From positions 8,887 through 72,886 of the IMG/VR virus record IMGVR_UViG_3300042397_001844: a stretch of 64,000 bases of DNA. One strand, given 5' to 3'. The translations under genes and the position numbers were made by a program. Positions 48,025 to 57,287 of the stretch are shown in pieces (position 1 is the first letter of the stretch; every line of letters begins with the position of its first letter). The notes under the pieces are model-generated. The model did no database searches and was not told the DNA's origin. It saw only the letters and a list, made by a program, of their open reading frames with translations. This DNA is from a virus.

Positions 48025-49038
48025 TTAAAATATATCATCCCAATTTTCACCTTCACCAGCCTTACTATAATCAGTAGGTCTCATAGCGAAGAAATCCGTA
48101 TGGGTTACTCCACCTGTAAGATGGTAGAACCAATCTAATTCAGATGCTTTCTTTTCGTTAAACTCAAAGTAGTCATCTCCACCTTTAATTGGGTTGTATC
48201 CTAATTCTCCTAATTTCTCATTAACTCTTTTTGTAATGAATTCTTTTAAGTTATCTTTTTTAAGATTATCCAAATCACCCATTTCAAAAATTTTATCAAT
48301 AAATTTATGTTCTAAATCTCTAATAATTAGTGCTGCCTCATAAATATCTTTTTTAGCTTCCTCTAATAATTCAGGAAACTCCTCACACATGTGTCTGAAT
48401 AATTGACAACCCATCTTTGAATGTAGGGATTCATCTCTTACACTCCACTTCATTTGTTGTCCGATTCCTTTTAATAGATTTCTCATTTGAAAAGAATACA
48501 ATACAGCGAATGATGAGTATAATGCTACACCTTCAGCAAATGCCGAAAAGATAGCAAGTGAACGAGCAACTTCAACTCTAGCCTGATGATTTGTTTGTAA
48601 ATCTTTAGGAGTCCAATCTGCAGTTGTGTTTGTTAATAACTCAAATCTTTCCTTCATTGTTTCATCATGTAGGAAACCTGCGAAATCATCTAATCCCAAT
48701 GTTTCATTAAGATATGAATATGCAACTGAATGGATTGTTTCTTGCGAACCAAATGCCATCGCCATCTGTCTAATCTCATGCTTTGGAAACCATTTGGTAA
48801 CCATACCTGTCCAATAATCTGATACTGCACATTCCGTTTGAGCAAACCCCAAAAGAATATTTCCAACTAAATGTTTTTCTTCTTTTGTTAAATTCTCATT
48901 CCAATCCTTCACATCTCCCTGCATTGGGATTTCAGTATGTAACCAAAATGCTTGCATTTGTTTCAACCAACCTTCATTGTAGTAGTCTGGGAATTCAAAT
49001 GGTTTGTAGGGAATCCTATCCGTAAATAATTTGCTCAT
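48025..49038 (-). CDS. nrdB: Ribonucleotide reductase beta subunit (start moved to MSKLF)
   Basis: FWLHTE, ETIH..AY, EGV, RDESLH, DFFA. Confidence 0.93.
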   Translation of the reverse strand: MSKLFTDRIPYKPFEFPDYYNEGWLKQMQAFWLHTEIPMQGDVKDWNENLTKEEKHLVGNILLGFAQTECAVSDYWTGMVTKWFPKHEIRQMAMAFGSQETIHSVAYSYLNETLGLDDFAGFLHDETMKERFELLTNTTADWTPKDLQTNHQARVEVARSLAIFSAFAEGVALYSSFAVLYSFQMRNLLKGIGQQMKWSVRDESLHSKMGCQLFRHMCEEFPELLEEAKKDIYEAALIIRDLEHKFIDKIFEMGDLDNLKKDNLKEFITKRVNEKLGELGYNPIKGGDDYFEFNEKKASELDWFYHLTGGVTHTDFFAMRPTDYSKAGEGENWDDIF

Positions 49039-49170
49039 AGTGTAATCTAATTTTGTAAGTTCTTTGAGGGGTGAATATAAATACAATATATACTCATAAA
49101 CCTTTCAGAATTCACAACTATTTTTTAATATTTTTGTCTGTTCTTATTAATGTCTATTATAACATATAGT

Positions 49171-49192
49171 TAGGGGAGTGTTACCTCCCCTA
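49171..49192 (-). terminator. Hairpin after the Hc1-like gene
   Basis: TAGGGGAG-TGTTAC-CTCCCCTA inverted repeat; weak T-tract. Confidence 0.55.
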
Positions 49193-49197
49193 TCATA

Positions 49198-49368
49198 TTA
49201 TGCTTTTTGCTCTGCGGTAGATGCTTGTCTATACGCAGTAATCAATTTCTTCAAATCACCGATAGCTTTTCTAGCTCTTGATTTGTTTACTTTTTTAGTT
49301 CCGTTGTGCTCTGTTTCAAATTGTGTAAACAAAGTCTTCATTTGTTCGAATAGTTCTTGACTGTTCAT
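49198..49368 (-). CDS. Histone H1-like (Hc1 family) nucleoid protein, 56 aa
   Basis: Not in the ORF track: MNSQELFEQMKTLFTQFETEHNGTKKVNKSRARKAIGDLKKLITAYRQASTAEQKA; the RARKA..L.K....R..S pattern matches Bacteroidota Hc1-like proteins. Confidence 0.75.
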   Translation of the reverse strand: MNSQELFEQMKTLFTQFETEHNGTKKVNKSRARKAIGDLKKLITAYRQASTAEQKA

Positions 49369-49392
49369 AGTTTTTGTTTTTAATTGTTATTA

Positions 49393-50787
49393 TTAACCCA
49401 ATCCAGATACCAGTGCCGGCTTTGCACCAGGCATTGTATCTAAATATTTTTTGTGTAACATTTGTTTTTCCATTTCAGCACCACTAGCACTTTCTTTTGA
49501 TGCTATGATACCATCGGATGAAGATGCTGCATATACTTCTATCGTTCCAGTATTAGTATCCATTTTAGAAGGGAAGGTCAAACCATCCGAACCAAAACGA
49601 TTCTTCATAATGTGTACTCTAGCCGTATTGTTTATCTTATCTTTTGCCTTTCTACTTAAACTCATAATAAAGTCAGCGTTCATTACTTTAGCGTAACTAT
49701 CTGCTATCTTATCTGCTTCAATAACCTCACTATCTATTGCTGAACGATTTGTTTGTGATGCTGTCCAAATTGGTATTTGTAACTCACCACTCATTCCTCT
49801 CAAATCGATATATACACCACCTTGCTCAGCGTATGTACTATCAGTTTTATTTGAGTGTGATAATAACAAGTCGGCGTAATCCACAATAATTAAATCGGGC
49901 TTATTACCAGCTGCTATCATCTTCTCAATGTGAAGTTGAATTGTTTTTGATGATGCTCCTTTAGGTGGATAGTATTTAACTTTAAGTTTACCTGGCAATC
50001 TTTTAAGTTTACCATATACTTCATCTTTCTTTTCTTTTAAATCAACAGATGGAATATGAGTAAACACAGTATCGTATCTTAATCCTACATAATGTTGTGA
50101 AAGTTCTAATGTATAATGTACTACGGTCTTACCAGCTCTTACAGCTGCTGCTCCTAAACACGCCAACATCCAACTCTTACCAACACCAGAAGGTGCTACT
50201 ACTACTCCCAATTCACCCGGTCCTAAACCACCACCCATTAAATCATCAACACAATCCCATCCCGTTGCCACAGTCAACCTTCCAGTCTCACTAAATCTTT
50301 CCTCAAAATCTAAAAGGTAATCCATACCTAAATCTGATTCAACTCCAACCTTCATTGCCTTATCAACTAAGTCTTTGATTCTATCGTAGTTGCCTGATTT
50401 AAGTAAATCTACTGATTGTAGAATTACGTTCTTCATATTCTGATTGATACAAAATGATGTGAATTCGTTTTTCACATATTCAAAATCATCTTGTCCAATT
50501 TGTGTGTAGACCGTTTTAAGTTGTTCTACTACTGATTTCTTTAGCGATGGATTATCTAGCTTTGATACTTGCCCTTTGAATACATCCAATGTAGGTTCTT
50601 TCTTATACTCATCGTAATAATCTTTAATCTCTTGTACTATCCATTTGTTAGCATCGGATTCGAAAAACTTCTTATCAATGATTTCGCACAATGTGTCCAT
50701 CATTCTAACATCGGTAAGTAAAGCAGATATTACTTTAGCTTGAAACGATTGCCCATATTTAGAGAGTGTATCTACTTGCTCTGCCAT
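49393..50787 (-). CDS. Replicative DnaB-like helicase (T4 gp41-like)
   Basis: APSGVGKS, TLE, IVDYADLL, TASQTNR, KNRFG. Confidence 0.93.
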   Translation of the reverse strand: MAEQVDTLSKYGQSFQAKVISALLTDVRMMDTLCEIIDKKFFESDANKWIVQEIKDYYDEYKKEPTLDVFKGQVSKLDNPSLKKSVVEQLKTVYTQIGQDDFEYVKNEFTSFCINQNMKNVILQSVDLLKSGNYDRIKDLVDKAMKVGVESDLGMDYLLDFEERFSETGRLTVATGWDCVDDLMGGGLGPGELGVVVAPSGVGKSWMLACLGAAAVRAGKTVVHYTLELSQHYVGLRYDTVFTHIPSVDLKEKKDEVYGKLKRLPGKLKVKYYPPKGASSKTIQLHIEKMIAAGNKPDLIIVDYADLLLSHSNKTDSTYAEQGGVYIDLRGMSGELQIPIWTASQTNRSAIDSEVIEADKIADSYAKVMNADFIMSLSRKAKDKINNTARVHIMKNRFGSDGLTFPSKMDTNTGTIEVYAASSSDGIIASKESASGAEMEKQMLHKKYLDTMPGAKPALVSGLG

Positions 50788-51831
50788 CTATTTTACTATT
50801 ATATTTGTATAAGTTGATTTCAACCAATCGTTTATATCTTTCCAGTTTTGTAGTATCTTATACTTCATTGCTGCCTTAATAAAATCAAACTTATCAAACT
50901 TTTTATTAGGTTCGTTAAAACGGTCTAATATTTTAAGAGTTTGGTTTGTATTGATATGTGCTTCTTCTAATTGCATCAGATGCCTATTTCTCAATACCTC
51001 ATTTCTTTGAGAAAGGATATCAGCGTATATTTTAGCATCATCTTTTTTAGATTCACATATACCAAAGAATTCATCAAAGGTAATTAATCTATCTTCCTCT
51101 AATTCAGGAAATCTTTTCAGTACAGTCTTTAAACCACATCCTTTAACGCCAGGAATATTATCTGAATTATCACCATCCAATGTTCTGAATAGTAAAAGGT
51201 TTTGTGGGTACATTCCCCATTCTGCTTTTACCATCTCTCTATCATAAAGTTTCTTTTTAGTTGGTGAATAAACTTTCGTCTTATCATCTACTAATTGTAA
51301 GAAATCTTTATCAGTTGATACAATAATACATTCTTCATCTTCACCTAATATTTGTCTAGCTATGTTAGCTATTACATCATCAGCTTCGATTCCATCATAT
51401 ATCATTGTTGTAATTGGAAGTGAATCTAACAAATCAACTAACCAAACGAATTGGCGTTTCATTGAAAGTTGTTCTTCTTCCTGTGACATCATTTCAGGAT
51501 ATTGTCTATTAACTCTAAAACGATTTTTACCTCTATCAGCTTTGTATCCTTCAAACACTTCCTTTCTACCTTTAGAACCACCCTTACCATCAAAGATAAG
51601 AACTACTCTAGTCGGATTGAATTGGCGTATTTGAGAACCAATTGAATTTAATGAACCAATAACTCCACCCGTATGGTCACCATCCTCATTCATTGTAGGG
51701 TTGGTAGTCCAACTACGGATGAAGGTATTAAGTCCATCAATGACAAGAACTCTACTATTACGCACTCTTAAGTGTGATGTCTCATGTTCTGATTCTACTT
51801 CGTTAAGAAGCTTTTTGTATAAGTCTTTCAT
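50788..51831 (-). CDS. 5'-3' exonuclease / flap endonuclease (T4 RNase H-like)
   Basis: IDGLN, YKADR, EADD, STDKD, GDNSDNIPGV. Confidence 0.93.
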   Translation of the reverse strand: MKDLYKKLLNEVESEHETSHLRVRNSRVLVIDGLNTFIRSWTTNPTMNEDGDHTGGVIGSLNSIGSQIRQFNPTRVVLIFDGKGGSKGRKEVFEGYKADRGKNRFRVNRQYPEMMSQEEEQLSMKRQFVWLVDLLDSLPITTMIYDGIEADDVIANIARQILGEDEECIIVSTDKDFLQLVDDKTKVYSPTKKKLYDREMVKAEWGMYPQNLLLFRTLDGDNSDNIPGVKGCGLKTVLKRFPELEEDRLITFDEFFGICESKKDDAKIYADILSQRNEVLRNRHLMQLEEAHINTNQTLKILDRFNEPNKKFDKFDFIKAAMKYKILQNWKDINDWLKSTYTNIIVK

Positions 51832-51851
51832 TTGTTTTGTAACCTTTTATT

Positions 51852-52973
51852 TTAATCCCCAATTACTTCTGAATCTACAACTAAGTTATCAGAGTCTAGT
51901 GAATCTTTTTTGTATTGTAAAATTGTAGATTCGCAAATTCTTTTATAAATCTGCTCTTTAACTTCCGTATTGTTTTCCAATGTAGAAGGAAAATCTTTCG
52001 CCTGAAACTTAATGATTTCACCAGTATCAATATCAGTATATTCATACCATGCACCACTTTGTTTTACGATTCCATTTTCTTTCATCATTCCCAACCATGC
52101 TCCGTAGTTATCAATACCTCTATCAAAGAAGATATCGAAATCTGCTGAACGTAATGGTGGTCCCATACGATTCTTTACAACCTGGCATCTTACTTTGATA
52201 CCAACAATTCTATCGTTACCATTTTCTTTTGCCTTAATCGTTCCCATACTCTTTAATCTTAAACGAACCGATGCATGGAAAGCAATTGCTTTACCACCAG
52301 AAGTTGTCCAAGGGTCAGAGAATGGCATTGCGTTCATCTTCTGTCTTAATTGGTTTGTGAAAACTAGAGTGATTTTCTGTCTACCAATAAGATTTGTGAT
52401 TTTACGCATTGCTTTGGAAATGATAATTGCTTTATCCGTAGCGTAACCATCCTTACCATAATCAGCTTCCATCTCCTTTTCAGTTGATGCTGCTGCTACT
52501 GAATCCACAACGATTGTTACATACTTATCTTTCGATGAAACTCTCACCTTTTCGATAATTGTTTCCGTATATTCAAAACATTGTTCAACAGTCTCAGCTG
52601 CTACATAAAGTAATTTGGTTGTATCTACTCCAATGGCTTCTAAGAATTCTCTACTTACGGCGTTCTCCGTGTCAATCAATACAGCGATACCACCTAACTT
52701 TTGTGTTTCGGCAAGTAAGTGAGCTGATACTAATGATTTACCACTTTGTTCTAATCCCGTAATTTCGGTAATTCTACCAACAGGCAAACCTCCATAAGGT
52801 CTATTAGAGATTGCCACATCCAACATTGATGCTCCGGTTGATACCCAACCTTCTACGTTTGTAGGGGAGTCATTGTTGTCCAAAAAGAATGCTACCTTTT
52901 GGTCTTTTGCTTGTTTGTTTAGGGAGTCCGCTAGCACTTCTGCTAAGTCTACCTCTTTCGTTGCTTTCGCCAT
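51852..52973 (-). CDS. recA: RecA/UvsX recombinase
   Basis: STG, GRITEI.GLEQSGKS, DTE, DSVAA, NQLR, GGKA. Confidence 0.92.
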   Translation of the reverse strand: MAKATKEVDLAEVLADSLNKQAKDQKVAFFLDNNDSPTNVEGWVSTGASMLDVAISNRPYGGLPVGRITEITGLEQSGKSLVSAHLLAETQKLGGIAVLIDTENAVSREFLEAIGVDTTKLLYVAAETVEQCFEYTETIIEKVRVSSKDKYVTIVVDSVAAASTEKEMEADYGKDGYATDKAIIISKAMRKITNLIGRQKITLVFTNQLRQKMNAMPFSDPWTTSGGKAIAFHASVRLRLKSMGTIKAKENGNDRIVGIKVRCQVVKNRMGPPLRSADFDIFFDRGIDNYGAWLGMMKENGIVKQSGAWYEYTDIDTGEIIKFQAKDFPSTLENNTEVKEQIYKRICESTILQYKKDSLDSDNLVVDSEVIGD

Positions 52974-52988
52974 GTTGTTACTTATTTA

Positions 52989-53810
52989 CTATGAATTGAA
53001 AAGGTCATCAAATGCTGATGCTACATCATCGATTTTCTTCGGTGATTCTTTTGGTGCTGATTTTGCGTCATCAACATCAAATGGTGCTTCATCATTTTTT
53101 GCGGTAGATGCTAACGTCTCTGCTGCTGCAGTAGATGTATCTTCATCACCATTAGCGGATGGGTTTAACCAACCTTCTAATACATTTTTCAATTCCGAAT
53201 AAGTCAACTCTTGGTAAAGGTCTGTGATTTCGGTTTGTCCATTGATAAACTTATCAGTTTCTTCTTTAGTTGCTGCTAAAGGAGTTTCCTTTGGTTTAAC
53301 ACGGATTGTTGTTACAGGGTAAGAAGTACCACTGTCTTCAGCTGATACTACTTCAACAGTAATATCTCTACCTTCATTTGGGTCAGTAATATCACCATAA
53401 TCAGGATCTGCGATGTAACCAAGAATTTCTTGATATACAGTTTTTCCAAAGCCCCAGAATCTTACACCTTCACCTTCTTCACCTCTTACCAATACTGGTA
53501 CGAATGTTCTAAGTTTCGGCTCCATTTTCTTGGCAGCTTTCCAATCTTCTTTATCACCCATTCTTTTCAACTTATCAGCGAACTCAACGATAGGGTCAGG
53601 TCTGCCAAAAGAAGATGGAGATAGATAAGATTTGTTGTTAATGTTGTAGTGAAAGAATAATTCAATAAAAGGATTCTCTTTGTTGAATTTGTAAGGGACT
53701 AAACGAATAGTGTGTTTGCCCGGAGCTGGTTTCCAAAGTTCTACTTTCTTTGAAGTTGTGCTTTGTAGTTTGTTCAGTCTACCTCTGATTGCGTCTAAGT
53801 TAATAGCCAT
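52989..53810 (-). CDS. Single-stranded DNA-binding protein (T4 gp32-like); start moved to MAINL
   Basis: WKP, IRLVP, DITDPNEGRD, acidic tail AFDDLFNS; first gene of the replication block. Confidence 0.8.
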   Translation of the reverse strand: MAINLDAIRGRLNKLQSTTSKKVELWKPAPGKHTIRLVPYKFNKENPFIELFFHYNINNKSYLSPSSFGRPDPIVEFADKLKRMGDKEDWKAAKKMEPKLRTFVPVLVRGEEGEGVRFWGFGKTVYQEILGYIADPDYGDITDPNEGRDITVEVVSAEDSGTSYPVTTIRVKPKETPLAATKEETDKFINGQTEITDLYQELTYSELKNVLEGWLNPSANGDEDTSTAAAETLASTAKNDEAPFDVDDAKSAPKESPKKIDDVASAFDDLFNS

Positions 53811-53896
53811 TTTTTTACGTTTTAAGAGTTTATGTTTTATGGTTTTATTTAGGTGAGTGTCCTTCACCCTCTATGTATATAAATATTAAGAGATTA

Positions 53897-54018
53897 CAAA
53901 TATACGACAAATTATCGGACTTTCCAAATCTTTTTTGAAGTATATTTTTAACCCATTTAAGCATGTATATATGTTTGAGATTTACTCAAAGATACGAAAA
54001 ATATACGAAACTACCAAA
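53897..54018 (-). promoter_or_regulatory. Two tandem Bacteroidota-type promoters (53897-53928 and 53987-54018)
   Basis: TTTG-N20-TATATTTG and TTTG-N20-TATCTTTG. Confidence 0.75.
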
Positions 54019-54019
54019 T

Positions 54020-54045
54020 AAAAAAGGGGATTAATTTTCCCCTTC
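54020..54045 (-). terminator. Intrinsic terminator overlapping the ADP-ribosyltransferase stop codon
   Basis: AAGGGGA...TCCCCTT stem followed by a T-tract. Confidence 0.6.
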
Positions 54046-55887
54046 TTTTGTATATAATAATGATGTTCTGTTTGGATATTGTAGATGTTTCTTTAAAATG
54101 TCCTTTTCGTTATCATCTATAAACTCTCTTAACTTAATTTCGTTTTTAGTTCCCGCTTGTTCTAATGTTATAATAGTAAAATTACGGCCTTTTTCCATTT
54201 TTGTAGATTCGGTTTTCACAACTTTATATTTATTGTTTGATGGTAAAAGTACTTCATGTTGGCCAGACCAATCACCAAAATCATTACCAAACATTTTATC
54301 TTTATTTTTAGCAGATACATTACCTACATTTGCATTCATACAAAATCCATTGAATGTATTTTTTGAATTTACTACTTTGATTATTATGGATTGATTATTT
54401 GATTCATTTACCAATGAATTTGCGTTACCAACATTATTAGCAAATTCAGTAGCTGTTGTTGCATCAAATGAAAATGAAGATATTGGTAAATCAATATTAC
54501 CACCTTCCTTAAAAGATTTCATAAATTTAGAATAATCAAAAGAATTCATAGCCATACCCCTATACAAAGCGTTTGTTTGTACTGGAGGTGGTGGTTCTGA
54601 TTTCAACATCTCATCAATTCTATTTAATGCATCTTTGTTAATCATTGATTGATATGAAATCATATCATTTATATAATTTGGATTCTTTTTAGCTTGCTGC
54701 TTAACCCATTTAGATTGATTTTTATCATTAGCTTCCGAAATACCTACAAAAGAATTATCCTTATCATCTCCCCTTTCCTTTTTAATAAAGTTACGAAGTC
54801 CACCATCCACAGTTGTTGGGTTCTCTAACTCATTCTGCATTGTCTTATTCCACTCATCATCTGAAAGTGTTTTATATTTTAGTGGATATGCTAATTGTAA
54901 ATTTGATAAATCATCCATAGCATCAGTCTCATTATCTTTTCCAAAATAAATGGTATTCCCCATTTTAACTAAAGCATACTCTGATAAACTTTTATAACCC
55001 CAAGCTTTTAAATCTTCTTTATTTGGAGTAAATCCGGATATATCAAAATACATTTCAGGATGTTGTAATATTCTATTTACATCTATTTTATATTTGTTAG
55101 CCACTTTAGCAACATCTTTTGGAGTAAATGTTCCAGAAAATATAATTTTATTCTTTACCTTTGAAAGTGCATTTGTTAAATTTTTAGTAGTTTTATCGTT
55201 ATACAAATCATTTTTATCCGATTCAGCTTTAGCTATTTTTTTATCTGCTTTCTTTTGAATTCCTTCCGGGTCAATTATTTTTTTAATTTTTTCAACAGTA
55301 GCATCTTTACTAAATCCGTAAGCATTATAATATCTTGCATCTTCAGCCTTTCCACCTGGTGCGTACTGATTTAATTCAACACTTTTCATAATCAAATCTC
55401 TAATAAATGTATGAAAAGGTTTGCTCCTACCATTATCTTTTATTTTAGTTTCTGCTCCAAAAGAATTTACAAGATTTATATCAATATCATTATCTTCTAA
55501 TGTTTTTTTAATAAGTTCCGATGTTATATCCGATTGTCTAAATTCGGCATCTGGTACTATTTTTCCGTTTTTATTTTTTCTACTAAGACGAACCACAACA
55601 GTCCCAGCTTTTGTATCTTTCATTGCATTTACAAATTCTTCGGATGGTTCTTTATTATCAATTGTGTCACCTCTTTCCTTTTCATAATCCCCTTTAAATA
55701 AATCGGAAGATTTTGGAGCTTCTACATCCTTTCCTTTTACTTTAGGTGTATTATGTGTACCATCCTTAACTGCAGTATCCATATTATCTTTAGTATCAAA
55801 ATATACTAATTTACCTGTTTTTTTGGATATTGCCGAAAAATCAGTTGTTTTTGGGTTGGCCTCAAATAGTTCTTTAAGTAAAATCAT
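54031..55887 (-). CDS. R-S-E clade ADP-ribosyltransferase (Alt/VIP2-like C-terminal domain), probable virion-packaged protein
   Basis: LYRG, SSFS and QHEVLLP in the C-terminal ~180 aa; N-terminal LLKELFE. Confidence 0.75.
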   Translation of the reverse strand: MILLKELFEANPKTTDFSAISKKTGKLVYFDTKDNMDTAVKDGTHNTPKVKGKDVEAPKSSDLFKGDYEKERGDTIDNKEPSEEFVNAMKDTKAGTVVVRLSRKNKNGKIVPDAEFRQSDITSELIKKTLEDNDIDINLVNSFGAETKIKDNGRSKPFHTFIRDLIMKSVELNQYAPGGKAEDARYYNAYGFSKDATVEKIKKIIDPEGIQKKADKKIAKAESDKNDLYNDKTTKNLTNALSKVKNKIIFSGTFTPKDVAKVANKYKIDVNRILQHPEMYFDISGFTPNKEDLKAWGYKSLSEYALVKMGNTIYFGKDNETDAMDDLSNLQLAYPLKYKTLSDDEWNKTMQNELENPTTVDGGLRNFIKKERGDDKDNSFVGISEANDKNQSKWVKQQAKKNPNYINDMISYQSMINKDALNRIDEMLKSEPPPPVQTNALYRGMAMNSFDYSKFMKSFKEGGNIDLPISSFSFDATTATEFANNVGNANSLVNESNNQSIIIKVVNSKNTFNGFCMNANVGNVSAKNKDKMFGNDFGDWSGQHEVLLPSNNKYKVVKTESTKMEKGRNFTIITLEQAGTKNEIKLREFIDDNEKDILKKHLQYPNRTSLLYTKEGEN

Positions 55888-55908
55888 GTATATAAATATA
55901 AGGCAAAT

Positions 55909-55939
55909 AAAAAGGGAGAATTTTTACGTTCTCCCTTTT
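55909..55939 (-). terminator. Intrinsic terminator after the endolysin
   Basis: AAAAGGGAGAA...TTCTCCCTTTT. Confidence 0.75.
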
Positions 55940-55943
55940 GTTA

Positions 55944-56783
55944 TTATGCTAATAAATGATAATATTCTTTAAAGTGTTTAATTCTATCAGGCAATCCAAT
56001 AGTACCACCATTTACTCTTTTAGTAATCTTTGTTACAACTGTATCACTAGCTCCTTCATCCGCCATCTTATGTAATCCGTTTTTAGAAAAGAACCAAGCT
56101 GCTGATAATAAAGCGTAAGATGATGCTACCTTATCAGGGTTTGCTGTCATATCTTCACCAATTGATTTACCAAATGCAGTGTAATTTTCTTTACCTGTCA
56201 ATTGGATATATCCTCTACCTCTGAATTTATAGCCTTCACCGCTTGCTTCAGTTCCATTGCCCATTCTATTTGCATATACTTTAGATGCAATCTTTTGTGG
56301 TTGTCTAGCATATGGAGTTGCTGCTGCTTCAGTTGGGAAGTATTTCTTAAAGATACCAGCCAATCCTTTTGCTGAATAGTTTAGGTTTTCTTGAGTTGCT
56401 CTAAATCCACCACTCTCGTGTCCACATTGTGCTAAGAAGTGTGCCAATCTCAATGGAGTATTAATTTGGAACTTAGCTGCCGTATCAGGAATCATAGCAA
56501 TAACCGCATCAGGAATATGTCCTTTAAGTTTATCTAATTTTAATCCACCTACCGGTGCTATTGGTGCAGATACGATTGGAGTAGGGGCTGCTACAGATTC
56601 TCCCATAATCTTTGCCCAAGTTGATGGTCCTACAATACCATCTGCAGTTAAACCATTCTTTGCTTGCCATTCTTTTACAGCTGCTTCGGTTTTAGGTCCA
56701 AAGTTAGTTACCGCTGGTTCAATACCCAGCTTTTGTTGCATTAACTTTACGTTTTCGTTATTATCTCCTTTTTTTAATAACAT
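55944..56783 (-). CDS. Endolysin: peptidoglycan-binding domain plus GH19 (chitinase/lysozyme-like)
   Basis: WQ..NGL.ADGIVGP.TW; FLAQCGHESGG, ENLNYS, RGRGYIQLTG, VNGG..GL.DR. Confidence 0.92.
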   Translation of the reverse strand: MLLKKGDNNENVKLMQQKLGIEPAVTNFGPKTEAAVKEWQAKNGLTADGIVGPSTWAKIMGESVAAPTPIVSAPIAPVGGLKLDKLKGHIPDAVIAMIPDTAAKFQINTPLRLAHFLAQCGHESGGFRATQENLNYSAKGLAGIFKKYFPTEAAATPYARQPQKIASKVYANRMGNGTEASGEGYKFRGRGYIQLTGKENYTAFGKSIGEDMTANPDKVASSYALLSAAWFFSKNGLHKMADEGASDTVVTKITKRVNGGTIGLPDRIKHFKEYYHLLA

Positions 56784-56791
56784 AATAAAAA

Positions 56792-57223
56792 TTATTTAGA
56801 TTGTCCTTCCGTAACTTCTTTATTTCCTTCTCCGAAATCAATTACTTCAAAAATTCTTGTCTGAATTTTCTTTGTACCTTCGGCGTTTGTTAATATGATT
56901 GAATTCTTAAACTTTTGCCAATTGATGACAAAAGATGTATCTAACACCCCACCATTCTCCTCTTTAACTAATTCGTTAAGAGCATTAATAGTGTAAAGTG
57001 AATTAGATTCTTTCTTTCTATGTATTAGTATTGTATTTTCCAATGGAGTCTCCGGTTGGAAAGCAGTATCTATATTATAAGTCACAAACAATTCCTCTAA
57101 ATTGGACTTGTTTTGTAGTATATAGATATAGTTGTAGACTATATGGTAAGTCTCTCTTATCTGTTGTAGAGTATTTTGTAACTCCTCTTTTGTTGTAAAT
57201 GTACAAAGTAACTGTGTCTTCAT
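56792..57223 (-). CDS. Hypothetical phage protein
   Basis: 143 aa, LLCTF...HRKKESNSLYTINALN. Confidence 0.6.
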   Translation of the reverse strand: MKTQLLCTFTTKEELQNTLQQIRETYHIVYNYIYILQNKSNLEELFVTYNIDTAFQPETPLENTILIHRKKESNSLYTINALNELVKEENGGVLDTSFVINWQKFKNSIILTNAEGTKKIQTRIFEVIDFGEGNKEVTEGQSK

Positions 57224-57287
57224 CCTTCCTCTTGTGTCTTTTTATTATCTATAAATATCAAAAACCAAAAGGAAGGATAAAAACGGG

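Noticed and set aside
49178-49360. Plus-strand 60 aa ORF in the ORF track
   Set aside because: It is antisense to a better, co-oriented Hc1-like ORF at 49198-49368.
38601-52973. Inteins or group I introns in PolB, RNR, helicase or RecA
   Set aside because: The ORFs are continuous and of normal length, with no splice-junction or LAGLIDADG motifs seen.
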